64,000 nt of DNA from an uncultured Arcobacteraceae bacterium. Its GTDB lineage: Bacteria > Campylobacterota > Campylobacteria > Campylobacterales > Arcobacteraceae. Of the stretch, positions 40,362 through 50,384 are shown one piece after another (the stretch's first letter is position 1; each line of letters begins with the position of its first letter). The stretch is from contig CAXHZO010000005.1 of assembly GCA_964022095.1 (NCBI GenBank), forward strand, positions 32,001-96,000, in the 5' to 3' direction. Below the pieces are notes generated by a model. The model was not told the DNA's origin, searched no databases, and saw only the letters and a list, made by a program, of their open reading frames with translations. The position numbers and the translations under genes were made by a program.

Positions 40362-41427
40362 ATTTGTTGATATACTCAACTATAATATCTCCCATTTGAG
40401 AAGTACTTAAAACTTCTTTTGCATCAAAAGATGATAAATCTTTAGTTCTATAGCCATCTTTTAGTACATTTTTAATAGCTTCTTGTATTATATTTGAAGA
40501 TTCTTCTTCATTTAGTGAATATTTAAGCATCATTGCAGCACTCTCAATTGTAGCTATTGGATTGGCTATTCCAAGACCTGCAATATCAGGAGCTGAACCA
40601 TGAATAGGTTCATAAACAGCTGTTTTATTTCCAGTTGAAGCACTAGGAAGAAGACCAATTGAACCTACAACCATTGAAGCTGTATCACTTAAAATATCTC
40701 CAAAAATATTTCCTGTAACTATTACATCAAATTGTTTTGGGTTTCGCACTAATTGCATAGCTGCATTATCAACATACATATGAGAAAGTTCAACTTCAGG
40801 ATACTCTTTTGATAACTCAATCATAGTTGACCTCCAAAGTTGAGATACCTCTAAAACATTTGATTTATCAACAGAGCATAATCTCTTATCTCTTTTCATG
40901 GCTAGTTCAAAAGCAGTTTTTCCGATTCTTTGGATTTCTTCTTTTGTATAAACCATAGTATTAAAAGCTTTTTGTCCATCATTTTGCCTTGGTTCACCAA
41001 AATATATACCACCAATTAACTCTCTTATAACCATAATATCACAGCCTTTTATGATCTCAGGCTTTAGTGTTGAGGCATTTGTAAGTTCATCATAAACAAT
41101 GGCAGGTCGTAAGTTTGCAAATACTCCTAACTCTTCTCTAAACTTTAAAAGCCCAGATTCAGGTCTTAGATGTCTAGGTAAGTTATCCCATTTCTCACCA
41201 CCAATAGCACCAAATAAACAAGCATGAGATTTTAAAACCCCATCAACTGTCTCTTTTGGAAGAGGGTGACCTATTTTATCAATGGCTACTCCACCCATTA
41301 GATACTCTTTATATTCTAAATTGAAGCCACACTTTTTACTAATGGCATCTAATACTTTCACAGCTTCATTTATAATTTCAACGCCAATTCCATCACCTTT
41401 GATTAATGATATATTATAATTTTTCAC
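40360..41427 (-). CDS. leuB: 3-isopropylmalate dehydrogenase
   Basis: [57 protein letters not shown]. Confidence 0.93.
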   Translation of the reverse strand: MKNYNISLIKGDGIGVEIINEAVKVLDAISKKCGFNLEYKEYLMGGVAIDKIGHPLPKETVDGVLKSHACLFGAIGGEKWDNLPRHLRPESGLLKFREELGVFANLRPAIVYDELTNASTLKPEIIKGCDIMVIRELIGGIYFGEPRQNDGQKAFNTMVYTKEEIQRIGKTAFELAMKRDKRLCSVDKSNVLEVSQLWRSTMIELSKEYPEVELSHMYVDNAAMQLVRNPKQFDVIVTGNIFGDILSDTASMVVGSIGLLPSASTGNKTAVYEPIHGSAPDIAGLGIANPIATIESAAMMLKYSLNEEESSNIIQEAIKNVLKDGYRTKDLSSFDAKEVLSTSQMGDIIVEYINK

Positions 41428-41438
41428 ATATTCTCCTT

Positions 41439-42233
41439 TTATATTGCACTTTGAACCACACCCGCATCAGCTCTTAAAACTGCACCATTTGTAGCACTTG
41501 ATATTGGACTTGCTGTATAAACAATCATATTTGATACCTCATCTACTTCTGTAAATCTTTTAAGTAGTGATGTTGGTCGTATATTTTTAAAGAACTCTTC
41601 TTGCATTTGCTCAAAAGTGAAGTTCATTTGTTTTGCATAATCATATAAAAAAGTAGTAACACCCTCTGATTTTGTAGGTCCTATGATGATAGAGTTTGAA
41701 GTTACATTGGTGCCAGCTGTAAGCTCAGCTATTCCTCTAGCGATTGATAATTGTGCAGTTTTACTCATACCATAGTGAATCATCTCTTTTGGTATTTGAT
41801 ACGCTGATTCACTTGAAATAAAGATAATTCTTCCCCAATTTTGCTTTAGCATAGAAGGTAAGTAAGATTGAGATAGTCTTACTCCACTCATTACATTTGT
41901 ATTAAACATACTAAGCCAATCTTCTTCCTCTAAACTTGTAAACTCTTTTGTCTCAAAAATTCCAAGGTTATTGATTAGAATATCTACTTTTGATAGTTGT
42001 TTTATTAATTTATCGCAGCCTTCTTTACTTGAAAGGTCAGCAACTATTCCTTCAACTTTTGCATTTTTGTTATAAGATTTTATTTTTTTGATAGATTCTT
42101 GAACATTTTGTTCATCTCGACCATTTATATATACATAAGCACCCTCATCACATAATTTTTTAGCTGTTGCAAAACCAACGCCTAAAGTTGAACCTGTAAC
42201 AAGAGCAGTTTTATTTTGTAGTTTTAAATCCAT
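41439..42233 (-). CDS. short-chain dehydrogenase/reductase
   Basis: [28 protein letters not shown]. Confidence 0.92.
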   Translation of the reverse strand: MDLKLQNKTALVTGSTLGVGFATAKKLCDEGAYVYINGRDEQNVQESIKKIKSYNKNAKVEGIVADLSSKEGCDKLIKQLSKVDILINNLGIFETKEFTSLEEEDWLSMFNTNVMSGVRLSQSYLPSMLKQNWGRIIFISSESAYQIPKEMIHYGMSKTAQLSIARGIAELTAGTNVTSNSIIIGPTKSEGVTTFLYDYAKQMNFTFEQMQEEFFKNIRPTSLLKRFTEVDEVSNMIVYTASPISSATNGAVLRADAGVVQSAI

Positions 42234-42261
42234 ACTAATACTCCTTTATAAAAATAAAGGC

Positions 42262-42293
42262 ATCTTAGTAGAATTTAATCGTATTATTATCGC
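42262..42293 (-). promoter_or_regulatory. GCGAT-box promoter of SDR-leuB
   Basis: Minus strand GCGAT-AATAAT-ACGAT-TAAATTCTAC-TAAGAT. Confidence 0.75.
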
Positions 42294-42300
42294 AGTTTAT

Positions 42301-43059
42301 TTAAAACAGTTCTATTTTATATCCTGAGTTATTTTGATTTACTATTAAGTCTTTATGTATTTTACTTCTAAGTCTAAATAAAACAGACCTAAAAGCAGCA
42401 TATCCAGCTGGTTCATCTTGCCAAATTGCATACTCCATTTGTTCTTGGGATACAAATTGCCCAGCACTTCTACAAAGTAAATCAATAATCTTTTTCTCTT
42501 TAGAAGTTAGTTTTATAGGTTCATCTCCATAATATAAAACTTCTACTTCTTTATCATAAAGATAACCATATTTAAGTTGTATTGTTCTATGATTTTGTTC
42601 TTTATTTAAAGATAATTGATGCTCTAAAGTTTTGTTTATATTTTCAACAGCATCTAGTTTTTTAATTTTTTCATTATCTTCTTTTGCTTTACTAAGAGCC
42701 ACTTCAATAGCAGCATGTAAGCTTTGTTTTTTATATGGTTTGATTATATATCCATATGCTAAAGTTTGAGAAGCTTCTTTTATAGTTTTTATTTCTGAAT
42801 TTGCAGTTAGAAAAACCACAGGTACCTCAGGAATTGAGTTTTTTAACTCTTTTGCAAGCTCAATTCCAGTAGTTGGTCCTTTTAGGTAAATATCCATCAA
42901 AATTAAGTCAGGTTTAGCACCTTTTTCTAATAAAGCTATAGTTTTACATCTATTTGGAGCAACACCACAAACTTTATATCCTAATTCATGTAGTGTTTCT
43001 TTTAGATTTAGTGCAATTATTGATTCATCTTCAACAATTAAAATTTCAATTTTGCTCAT
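42301..43059 (-). CDS. response regulator, receiver plus OmpR/PhoB-type winged-helix DNA-binding domain
   Basis: IVEDE, LMDIYL (phosphoacceptor Asp), LTA, KP; C-terminal IKLTSKEKKIIDLL...IW...LFRLRSKI...GYKI. Confidence 0.92.
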   Translation of the reverse strand: MSKIEILIVEDESIIALNLKETLHELGYKVCGVAPNRCKTIALLEKGAKPDLILMDIYLKGPTTGIELAKELKNSIPEVPVVFLTANSEIKTIKEASQTLAYGYIIKPYKKQSLHAAIEVALSKAKEDNEKIKKLDAVENINKTLEHQLSLNKEQNHRTIQLKYGYLYDKEVEVLYYGDEPIKLTSKEKKIIDLLCRSAGQFVSQEQMEYAIWQDEPAGYAAFRSVLFRLRSKIHKDLIVNQNNSGYKIELF

Positions 43060-43061
43060 TA

Positions 43062-44357
43062 TTATTCTCCCTCATCCTTAGAAAAAATTATATTACACTC
43101 TAAACCATTATTATTCTTAAACTCTATAGTTCCATCTAGTTGATCTTCAATAATTGAGTGAATAAGTTGCATTCCAATTGAATCACTTTTATATAGCGAG
43201 TCAATGTCATCTAATCCATCTCCATTATCACGAATTTTTACGTGGATCTGTTCATCTACTTTTTTCATATGAATACATAATAAATTATCTCTATCTTCTT
43301 TAAATGCATATTTTAAAGCATTTACACAAAGTTCATGTAGAACCATTCCTATTTGTATACATCTATTTGTAGAAAAACTCAAATTATCAATGTGTACATC
43401 TACATTTAATGTTGTGTTTTGTGAAATATATAACTCTTTTATATCATCAACAAGTCTTTTTATATAATTTTTAAGATTTATATATGCTAGGTTTTCACCT
43501 AAATATAAAAACTCATGAACTAAAGCCATAGTATGAATTCTACTTCTACTTTGTTGTAAGATATAAATCATATCTTTATCTTTTGTTCGTCGCTCTTGCA
43601 TATTTAGTAGTGATGATATTATTTCCATATTGTTTTTTACTCTATGATGAATCTCTTTTAGTAATATGTCTTTTTCTTCAACTGACTTTTGTAATTCTTG
43701 ATTCATTTTAGTGATTTTTGTTCTGTATTCTTGTCTTTGTGTCATATCTCTTGAAAAAGCACAAATATATTCATTTCCATTATGTGTAAAACCATGACCT
43801 GAAACTTCCACAGGAAAAATTGTTCCATCCTTTCTAATTTGTGTAGTTTCTAATCTCCAATTTTTATGATGGTAGATATTGTACATACACTCTTTTGCAG
43901 TCTCCCTATCAAAATTTGGGTCCATATCTTCTAAATACATATGATTTAAAAACTCATCTTTACTTCTTCCTATCATCTTACAAGCAGCTTCATTTACATA
44001 AATGAATTTTGCATCTAATGTAAACCAGTATATAGCATCAATAGAGTTGTTCAATGCAAACTCATAAGGAACAAGCCTTTCTTTATCTTTATCTTTTAAC
44101 TCTTTGTATGAACCCTCAATTCTTGAAACAACTTTTTGCATATGATTTAACATGATAAATAAAATTATTCCAGTTACTATTAAAAATATAATTCCAAAAG
44201 TGAAAGGCCCTTCTTGGCTTAGTGAATGATACTTTGAAAACTCACTTACAAGTCTATCAATAAACAAAATACCAACAGCTCCTATTAGTATATATGTTAA
44301 TGAAAACTTTGTTGGTATGGATTTATTATTTAAAATATAGTTCTTAACTCTTCCCAT
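43062..44357 (-). CDS. membrane PAS-domain sensor histidine kinase, HisKA_2 family
   Basis: Two TMs, PAS (YVNEAACKMIG, RKDGTIFPVEV), EIHHRVKNN H-box, ELCVNALKYAF, DNGDG, G box; ATG at 44357 preferred over GTG at 44411. Confidence 0.92.
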   Translation of the reverse strand: MGRVKNYILNNKSIPTKFSLTYILIGAVGILFIDRLVSEFSKYHSLSQEGPFTFGIIFLIVTGIILFIMLNHMQKVVSRIEGSYKELKDKDKERLVPYEFALNNSIDAIYWFTLDAKFIYVNEAACKMIGRSKDEFLNHMYLEDMDPNFDRETAKECMYNIYHHKNWRLETTQIRKDGTIFPVEVSGHGFTHNGNEYICAFSRDMTQRQEYRTKITKMNQELQKSVEEKDILLKEIHHRVKNNMEIISSLLNMQERRTKDKDMIYILQQSRSRIHTMALVHEFLYLGENLAYINLKNYIKRLVDDIKELYISQNTTLNVDVHIDNLSFSTNRCIQIGMVLHELCVNALKYAFKEDRDNLLCIHMKKVDEQIHVKIRDNGDGLDDIDSLYKSDSIGMQLIHSIIEDQLDGTIEFKNNNGLECNIIFSKDEGE

Positions 44358-44419
44358 TTTACTGCTCTTATTATAGATTTGAAAAATTATATCATAAATA
44401 AAAATATTCACTAATAACT

Positions 44420-44451
44420 GCGATAATTTTGCGATTTTTTTCCATTAAGAT
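44420..44451 (+). promoter_or_regulatory. GCGAT-box promoter of dmpKLMNOP
   Basis: GCGAT-AATTTT-GCGAT-TTTTTTCCAT-TAAGAT. Confidence 0.8.
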
Positions 44452-44493
44452 TCAAATTGAATTAAAAATTCATAATTGAAAAAGGTAGGTGTT

Positions 44494-44742
44494 ATGGCTA
44501 ATGAATCACCGTTTGAAAGAAAATATGTACATATTACTGATGTTAAATCAAACGATTTAGTTGAGTTTGATTTCTCTATAGGTGATCCATGTATGTATGT
44601 TGAACTTGCATTGCCGAAAAAGCAATTTGATGAGTTTTGTAAAAGAAATGCAGTTAAGCATTTAACAAGAGATCAAGAAATTGATGTGGAAAACGACAAG
44701 CATAAGTGGCAGTATGGTGTTGTTGGAACACTAAGTAAATAA
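44494..44742 (+). CDS. dmpK: phenol hydroxylase assembly subunit P0
   Basis: VEFDFSIGDP..YVEL.LP...F.EFC; first gene of the cluster; ATG at 44494. Confidence 0.92.
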   Translation: MANESPFERKYVHITDVKSNDLVEFDFSIGDPCMYVELALPKKQFDEFCKRNAVKHLTRDQEIDVENDKHKWQYGVVGTLSK

Positions 44743-44755
44743 AGGAGTTGAAAAT

Positions 44756-45751
44756 ATGTCTTTAGATATAAAAAGTATAGATATTAAGCCAAAAAGAGAA
44801 ACTTTTGGACACGTGGAAAGAAGAATTGGTGAAGGTAAGATGGCTTCAAGATATGAAGAGGCAACATTTGATATTCAGCCAGTTGCAAACTTTCATTATA
44901 GACCTTATGCAAATCCAGAGTTTGAGTTATATGATCAAAATAAAACTAGCATTAAAATGGAAGACTGGTATAAGTTTTTAGACCCAAGACAATACCACTA
45001 TGCTTCATATGTAACAGCAAGAGCAAAACAACAAGAAGTTGCAGAACAAAACTTTGTTTTTGTAGAAAAAAGAAATATGTTAGATGTAATGCCAGGAGAT
45101 ATAAAACAAGAAATCTTGAATTATGTTTTACCACTTAGACACTATGAGTGGGGAGCAAATATGAATAACCTTCAATTATGTTCAGAAGGATATGGTGCAG
45201 CTATTACAAATGCTTATATGTTCCATGCAGAAGATAGATTAGGTAATGCTCAATATCTTACAAGAATTGGATTATTACTTAGTGAAAATGAACCTGCTGT
45301 TTTAGATAATGCAAAAGATAAATGGTTAAATGATGAAGCATGGCAGCCACTTAGAAAAGCAATGGAAGATAGCTTTGTTTTACAAGATTGGTTTGAGCTT
45401 CATATAGCGCAAAATGTGATTTTCGATGGTTTTATTCATCCTTTAGTATTTGATAAGTACGAGCAAGAACTAAACCAAAGAGGTGGAACTGCTCAAACTA
45501 TGATGACAGAGTTTATCACATCTTGGAATGATGAATCTGCTAGATGGATTGATATGACAGTTAAAGTAGCAGCTTTAGAACGTGATGAAAATAAAGAGTT
45601 ATTAAATCAATGGTGTAAAAAGTATATTGATATTGCAAGTAATGCAGCCCTAGCAATTGCTAAAAATATAGTTAATAATCCAGAAGAAACAGTTAATAAC
45701 ATACAAGAGCAATTAGTGGCAAGATTAAATAAAAATGGTTTAAACCTATAG
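44756..45751 (+). CDS. dmpL: phenol hydroxylase beta subunit P1
   Basis: ASRYEEAT.DIQP..NFHYRP, DPRQY.Y, PLRH..WGANMNN, DWFEL. Confidence 0.94.
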   Translation: MSLDIKSIDIKPKRETFGHVERRIGEGKMASRYEEATFDIQPVANFHYRPYANPEFELYDQNKTSIKMEDWYKFLDPRQYHYASYVTARAKQQEVAEQNFVFVEKRNMLDVMPGDIKQEILNYVLPLRHYEWGANMNNLQLCSEGYGAAITNAYMFHAEDRLGNAQYLTRIGLLLSENEPAVLDNAKDKWLNDEAWQPLRKAMEDSFVLQDWFELHIAQNVIFDGFIHPLVFDKYEQELNQRGGTAQTMMTEFITSWNDESARWIDMTVKVAALERDENKELLNQWCKKYIDIASNAALAIAKNIVNNPEETVNNIQEQLVARLNKNGLNL

Positions 45752-45759
45752 GAGAAAGA

Positions 45760-46029
45760 ATGTCAAAGGTATTTTTAGCACTTCAAGCAGTAGATGAAAC
45801 AAGAGCTATTATTGAAGCTATACAAGAAGATAATGAAAATGTTGAGGTTGAACCACAGCCTGCCATGGTAAAAATCTCAGCTGAGAAAAAAATGGTAATA
45901 AATGCTCAAACTGTATCTGACAAATTAGGTAGAGATTGGGATCCACAAGAGTTACAGTTAGTTTTAATTTCACTAGCTGGAAATGTTGATGAAGATTATG
46001 ACCACTTTACAATTTATTGGGAAAATTAG
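45760..46029 (+). CDS. dmpM: phenol hydroxylase regulatory subunit P2 (MmoB/DmpM)
   Basis: R.IIEAI.EDN, QPAMVKI, LISLAGNVDED. Confidence 0.95.
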   Translation: MSKVFLALQAVDETRAIIEAIQEDNENVEVEPQPAMVKISAEKKMVINAQTVSDKLGRDWDPQELQLVLISLAGNVDEDYDHFTIYWEN

Positions 46030-46040
46030 GAGAAAATATT

Positions 46041-47561
46041 ATGACTATGAGTACACAAAAAAGAAAAAAACGTCTAAATATGAAAGACAAATATAAGTAT
46101 ATGACAAGACTTGGTTGGGAAACTACATATCAAGATATGGATGATGTTTTCCCTGAAGATAAATTTGAGGGTATAAAAATTCATGATTGGGAAGCTTGGG
46201 AAGATCCATTTAGAATGACAATGGATGCTTATTGGAAATACCAAGGTGAAAAAGATAAGAAACTATATGCAATTATTGATGCTTTTGCTCAAAATAATGG
46301 ACAAAAAAATATTTCAGATGCAAGATATGTATCCGCATTAAAACTGTTTTTAACAGGTGTTTCACCTTTAGAATATCAAGCACATAGAGGTTTTGCAAAT
46401 ATTGCAAGAGCTTTTAGAGGTGATGGTCCAAGAGTTGCATGTCAAATGCAAGCTATTGATGAGTTAAGACATGTTCAAACACAAATTCATACTTTAAGCC
46501 ATTATAACAAATACTTTAATGGTTTTTCAGAGTGGGCACATTGGCATGATAATGTATGGTACTTATCTGTTCCTAAATCATTCTTTGATGATGCAAGAGC
46601 AGCAGGTCCTTTTGAGTTTATTATTGCTATTGGATTCTCATTTGAGTATGTATTAACTAATCTATTATTTGTACCGTTTATGAGTGGTGCAGCTTATAAT
46701 GGAGATATGGCAACAGTTACATTTGGATTCTCAGCTCAAAGTGATGAGGCAAGACATATGACTTTAGGTTTACAAGCTATCAAGTTCTTATTAGAGCAAG
46801 ACCCTGCAAATGTTCCTATTGTTCAAAAGTGGATTGATAAGTGGACTTGGAGAGGTTATAAAGTTTTAGGACTAGTATCTGCAATGATGGATTATATGTT
46901 ACCTGATTCACCACAGTCTTGGAAAGAAGCTTGGGAATTATATTTTGAGCAAAATACAGTTGCACTATTTAAAGATTTAGAAAGATATGGAATTACAGTT
47001 CCAGATTGTGCAGCAACAATAAAAGCTGAAAAAGAGCATATTTCTCATCAAGTTTGGATGACACTATATACTCATAATGCAGCAGCACCTTTCCATACGT
47101 GGATTCCAGATGAGAAAAAAATGGATTGGTTAAGCGAAAAGTATCCTGAAACTTTCGATAAATATTACAGACCAGTTTATGAACACTGGAATAAGTTAGA
47201 AAAAGAAGGTACGAGATACTACTCTGAAATGCTTCCTCAGTTATGTCAAACTTGTCAGTTACCAATGTTAGCAACAGAAGTTGAAAAAGGTGAACCAACT
47301 CAAATTGCACATAGACATACTATGTACAATAATGAGAGATTCCATTTCTGTTCAGATCATTGTCAAGATATTTTTGAAAATGAACCTGAAAAGTATATTC
47401 AATCTTGGTTACCAGTTCATCAAATCTTCCAAGGAAACTGTGGAGGTGCTACACTTCCAGAAGTACTTAAATGGTATAAGGTTGAATTTGGACAAGATAA
47501 TCTTGATTATGTAGGTTCTCAGGATCAAAAAATGTGGAAAGAATGGAAGGGAGAAGCATAA
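46041..47561 (+). CDS. dmpN: phenol hydroxylase di-iron alpha subunit P3
   Basis: IDELRH and QSDEARH di-iron motifs, WEDPFR, YHS-like HFCSDHC; SD AGGAG before ATG 46041. Confidence 0.97.
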   Translation: MTMSTQKRKKRLNMKDKYKYMTRLGWETTYQDMDDVFPEDKFEGIKIHDWEAWEDPFRMTMDAYWKYQGEKDKKLYAIIDAFAQNNGQKNISDARYVSALKLFLTGVSPLEYQAHRGFANIARAFRGDGPRVACQMQAIDELRHVQTQIHTLSHYNKYFNGFSEWAHWHDNVWYLSVPKSFFDDARAAGPFEFIIAIGFSFEYVLTNLLFVPFMSGAAYNGDMATVTFGFSAQSDEARHMTLGLQAIKFLLEQDPANVPIVQKWIDKWTWRGYKVLGLVSAMMDYMLPDSPQSWKEAWELYFEQNTVALFKDLERYGITVPDCAATIKAEKEHISHQVWMTLYTHNAAAPFHTWIPDEKKMDWLSEKYPETFDKYYRPVYEHWNKLEKEGTRYYSEMLPQLCQTCQLPMLATEVEKGEPTQIAHRHTMYNNERFHFCSDHCQDIFENEPEKYIQSWLPVHQIFQGNCGGATLPEVLKWYKVEFGQDNLDYVGSQDQKMWKEWKGEA

Positions 47562-47923
47562 TGGCAATTGTAAGTAAAGGTGAATATCCAGTAATTATGA
47601 TGGATAGTGTAGATAAGTTTCATGGTAACCAATTAGTATATGTAGGTTGGGATAAACATAAGTTAATCAATTCAGCGATGGCTTTTCCTTTACCACCACA
47701 AATGCCTTTTAAGGCATTAGTGCATGAAGTAATGCCAGGTTGTTATAAAGATCATCCAGATTTTGAAAAAGTTGTATGGGATGATTCTGTTATTTGGAGA
47801 TTAAACGGTGAAGAGTTTACTCCTGATTTTGAAAAATCTCTTGAAGATAATGGAATTGATCATAAGTCATTAGTTAGATTTGAAACACCAAATCTAACAG
47901 GAATTAACGGAGTAGGAATGTGA
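47561..47923 (+). CDS. dmpO: phenol hydroxylase gamma subunit P4
   Basis: YVGWDKH, PP.MPF, HPDF, PDFEKSL.DNGI.HKS. Confidence 0.94.
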   Translation: MAIVSKGEYPVIMMDSVDKFHGNQLVYVGWDKHKLINSAMAFPLPPQMPFKALVHEVMPGCYKDHPDFEKVVWDDSVIWRLNGEEFTPDFEKSLEDNGIDHKSLVRFETPNLTGINGVGM

Positions 47924-48978
47924 GTTATCAAGTAGAAATAGAACCAACAGGAGATGTAGTAGAAGTTCAAGATGGTCAAACTATTCTTGATGCTGCATTA
48001 AGACAGGGGGTATATATTCCCCATGCGTGCTCTCATGGTTTATGTGGTACTTGTAAGGTAGAGATATTAGAAGGTGAAGTTGACTATGGTGCAGCTTCTC
48101 CTTTTGCCCTTATGGATATGGAAAAAGATGAGGGAAAATGTCTTGCTTGTACTGCTACACCAATGGAAGATTGTGCTATAGAAGCTGATGTTGATGAAGA
48201 TCCAGATGCTAAATCAATACCTGTAAAAGATTTTATGGGAACAGTTGTTGAGGTGAAGGATTTAACACCTAGAATAAAAGGTATTTTTATAGAATTAGAT
48301 GAAGAGATTGAGTTTCAAGCAGGTCAATATGTACAATATCATGTACCAGGATTTGAAGAACCAAGAGCATTTTCTTTATGTAACTCTTCAAATGATAAAA
48401 AAATTGTAGAGTTAAATATTTCTTTAGTTCCAGATGGAGAAGCAACTCCATGGATTCATAAAAATGTAAAAGTTGGTGCAAGAAGAAAAGTATCAGGACC
48501 TTATGGAAGATTTTTTGTAAGAGAATCTGCTCAAAAACCTATGATTTTCTTTGCAGGTGGTTCAGGTCTTTCAAGTCCAAAATCTATGATTTTAGAGCAG
48601 CTTGAAAATGGAAGTAAACAAGAAATAACACTTTTTCATGGTGCTAGAAATGAAGAAGAGTTATATTATGCAGATTTATTTAGAGACTTAGAGCAAAAGC
48701 ATGAGAACTTTACATATGTACCTGTTTTATCCGATGAAGATACTCCTTCTTGGGAAGGGAAAAAAGGTTTTGTAAATGATGCTGCAAAAGAAGTTTTTGA
48801 AAATGACTTCTCTGGAAAAAAAGCATATCTTTGTGGACCTCCACCTATGATAGATGCTTGTATTACAACATTAATGAGAGGAAGACTTTACGAAAAAGAT
48901 ATTTATACTGAAAAGTTCTTCTCAAAAGCTGACTTAAATGCTGAAAATCAGCGTTCCCCTTTATTTAAATCAATTTAA
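47920..48978 (+). CDS. dmpP: phenol hydroxylase reductase P5 (2Fe-2S/FAD/NADH)
   Basis: CSHGLCGTC...LAC, RAFS, AGGSGLS, YLCGPP, RSPLFK. Confidence 0.96.
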   Translation: MSYQVEIEPTGDVVEVQDGQTILDAALRQGVYIPHACSHGLCGTCKVEILEGEVDYGAASPFALMDMEKDEGKCLACTATPMEDCAIEADVDEDPDAKSIPVKDFMGTVVEVKDLTPRIKGIFIELDEEIEFQAGQYVQYHVPGFEEPRAFSLCNSSNDKKIVELNISLVPDGEATPWIHKNVKVGARRKVSGPYGRFFVRESAQKPMIFFAGGSGLSSPKSMILEQLENGSKQEITLFHGARNEEELYYADLFRDLEQKHENFTYVPVLSDEDTPSWEGKKGFVNDAAKEVFENDFSGKKAYLCGPPPMIDACITTLMRGRLYEKDIYTEKFFSKADLNAENQRSPLFKSI

Positions 48979-48999
48979 AATTTTTAAAAAGTAGTTTTT

Positions 49000-49031
49000 G
49001 CGATTTTTCTGCGAAACTATTTCTGTAAAGT
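49000..49031 (+). promoter_or_regulatory. GCGAT-box internal promoter of the meta-cleavage genes
   Basis: GCGAT-TTTTCT-GCGAA-ACTATTTCTG-TAAAGT. Confidence 0.72.
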
Positions 49032-49076
49032 TAAAAAGTCAAAAAGCTATGACTTTTAAATAAAAAAGGGGATGTT

Positions 49077-49397
49077 TTGAAATATGAAATCTTCGTAAAA
49101 GATAAAGACAAAACTAAAACTTGTCTTGAATCTAAACATCTTATGGATGGTTTATATGTATATGATAATCTAGTTCCAAAGGGTTGTCATAATGGTGCCT
49201 GTGGACTTTGTAAGGTTAAAGTTCATAGAGGAGACTACAAAAAATGCAAAATGAATAGAAAACACATCTCATGTGAAGAAGAGAGTGCAGATATTCTTTT
49301 AGCTTGTAAGACATTTCCTAGAAGTGATATGGAAATAGAATTTATACGTAGAGACTTATCTAAAGAAAAATCCCAAGTTTATGTACTTGGTAATTAA
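49077..49397 (+). CDS. dmpQ: XylT/DmpQ-type 2Fe-2S ferredoxin (C23O reactivation)
   Basis: GCHNGACGLCKV, MNRKH, LAC..PRSD; directly before C23O. Confidence 0.88.
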   Translation: MKYEIFVKDKDKTKTCLESKHLMDGLYVYDNLVPKGCHNGACGLCKVKVHRGDYKKCKMNRKHISCEEESADILLACKTFPRSDMEIEFIRRDLSKEKSQVYVLGN

Positions 49398-49414
49398 ATA
49401 ATTAGGAGAAAGTA

Positions 49415-50362
49415 ATGAGCAGTATTATGAGATTAGGTCATGTTGATATTAATGTATTAGATATTAATGAATCAAGAGACTATTATGAAAATATTATGGG
49501 TATGGAAGTTACAAGAGAAGACTCTGATGGAACACTTTATTTAAAGTGCTGGGATGAATGGGATAAATACAGTCTTATTTTAAGACCTAGTGAAGAAGCA
49601 ACATATAATAAGGTTGCGTATAAAGTAGAAAAAGATTCTGATATAGATGATTTTAAAGAAAAAATCGAAAAATATGGAATAAAAACAGAGATTTTAGAAG
49701 CTGGAACTATTCCTGAATGTGGAAGGGTATTAAAGTTTATATCTCCAAGTGAGCATGAATTTAATTTATATGCTGAAAAAACATTTGTAGGTAAAAAAGT
49801 AGGTCACACTAATCCTGCACCTTGGCCAATTGATGGAAAAGGTATCAAAGCTCACTGGATTGATCATATTTTATTAATGACTCAAGGTCCTGAAAAATTA
49901 ATGGAAGCTACTAAGTTCTTTGAAGAAGTATTTGATATGAAATTAGCAGAGCAAGTTTGTGTAGGACCTGAGGGCTCAGTTCAGGCTGCAACATGGTTAA
50001 GTGCTGGAAACACTCCTCATGATTTAGCTTTTGTTGCTGGAGCAGAAACTGGTATGCATCATTTTGCATTTTTCTTAGATGGTTGGAATGATATTTTAAG
50101 ATCAGCAGATGTTATGGCTATGAATAATGTTAAGTTAGATGTTACTCCTCAAAGACATGGTATTACAAGAGGTGAGACTATTTATTTCTTTGACCCATCA
50201 GGACATAGACTTGAGACATTTGCAGGTCTAGGTTATGCAGTTTGTAAAGATATGCCAACAGTTACTTGGACAGAAGATGAACTATGGAGAGGTATTTTCT
50301 ATCATACAGGTCAAGAAAATGGTGCATTTACAACTGCATATACATTATCAGCTTATAAATAA
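49415..50362 (+). CDS. dmpB: catechol 2,3-dioxygenase
   Basis: MRLGHV, YLKCWDEWD, DH, PHDLAF, HHFAF, RHGITRGETIYFFDPSG. Confidence 0.95.
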   Translation: MSSIMRLGHVDINVLDINESRDYYENIMGMEVTREDSDGTLYLKCWDEWDKYSLILRPSEEATYNKVAYKVEKDSDIDDFKEKIEKYGIKTEILEAGTIPECGRVLKFISPSEHEFNLYAEKTFVGKKVGHTNPAPWPIDGKGIKAHWIDHILLMTQGPEKLMEATKFFEEVFDMKLAEQVCVGPEGSVQAATWLSAGNTPHDLAFVAGAETGMHHFAFFLDGWNDILRSADVMAMNNVKLDVTPQRHGITRGETIYFFDPSGHRLETFAGLGYAVCKDMPTVTWTEDELWRGIFYHTGQENGAFTTAYTLSAYK

Positions 50363-50384
50363 AAGAAAAATTTAGGAATTTAAA

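Noticed and set aside
44358-44493. Sigma54 (-24/-12) promoter or DmpR inverted-repeat UAS before dmpK
   Set aside because: No TGGC-N8-TTGC-like element and no room for a distal UAS; the direct-repeat/-10 layout explains the region
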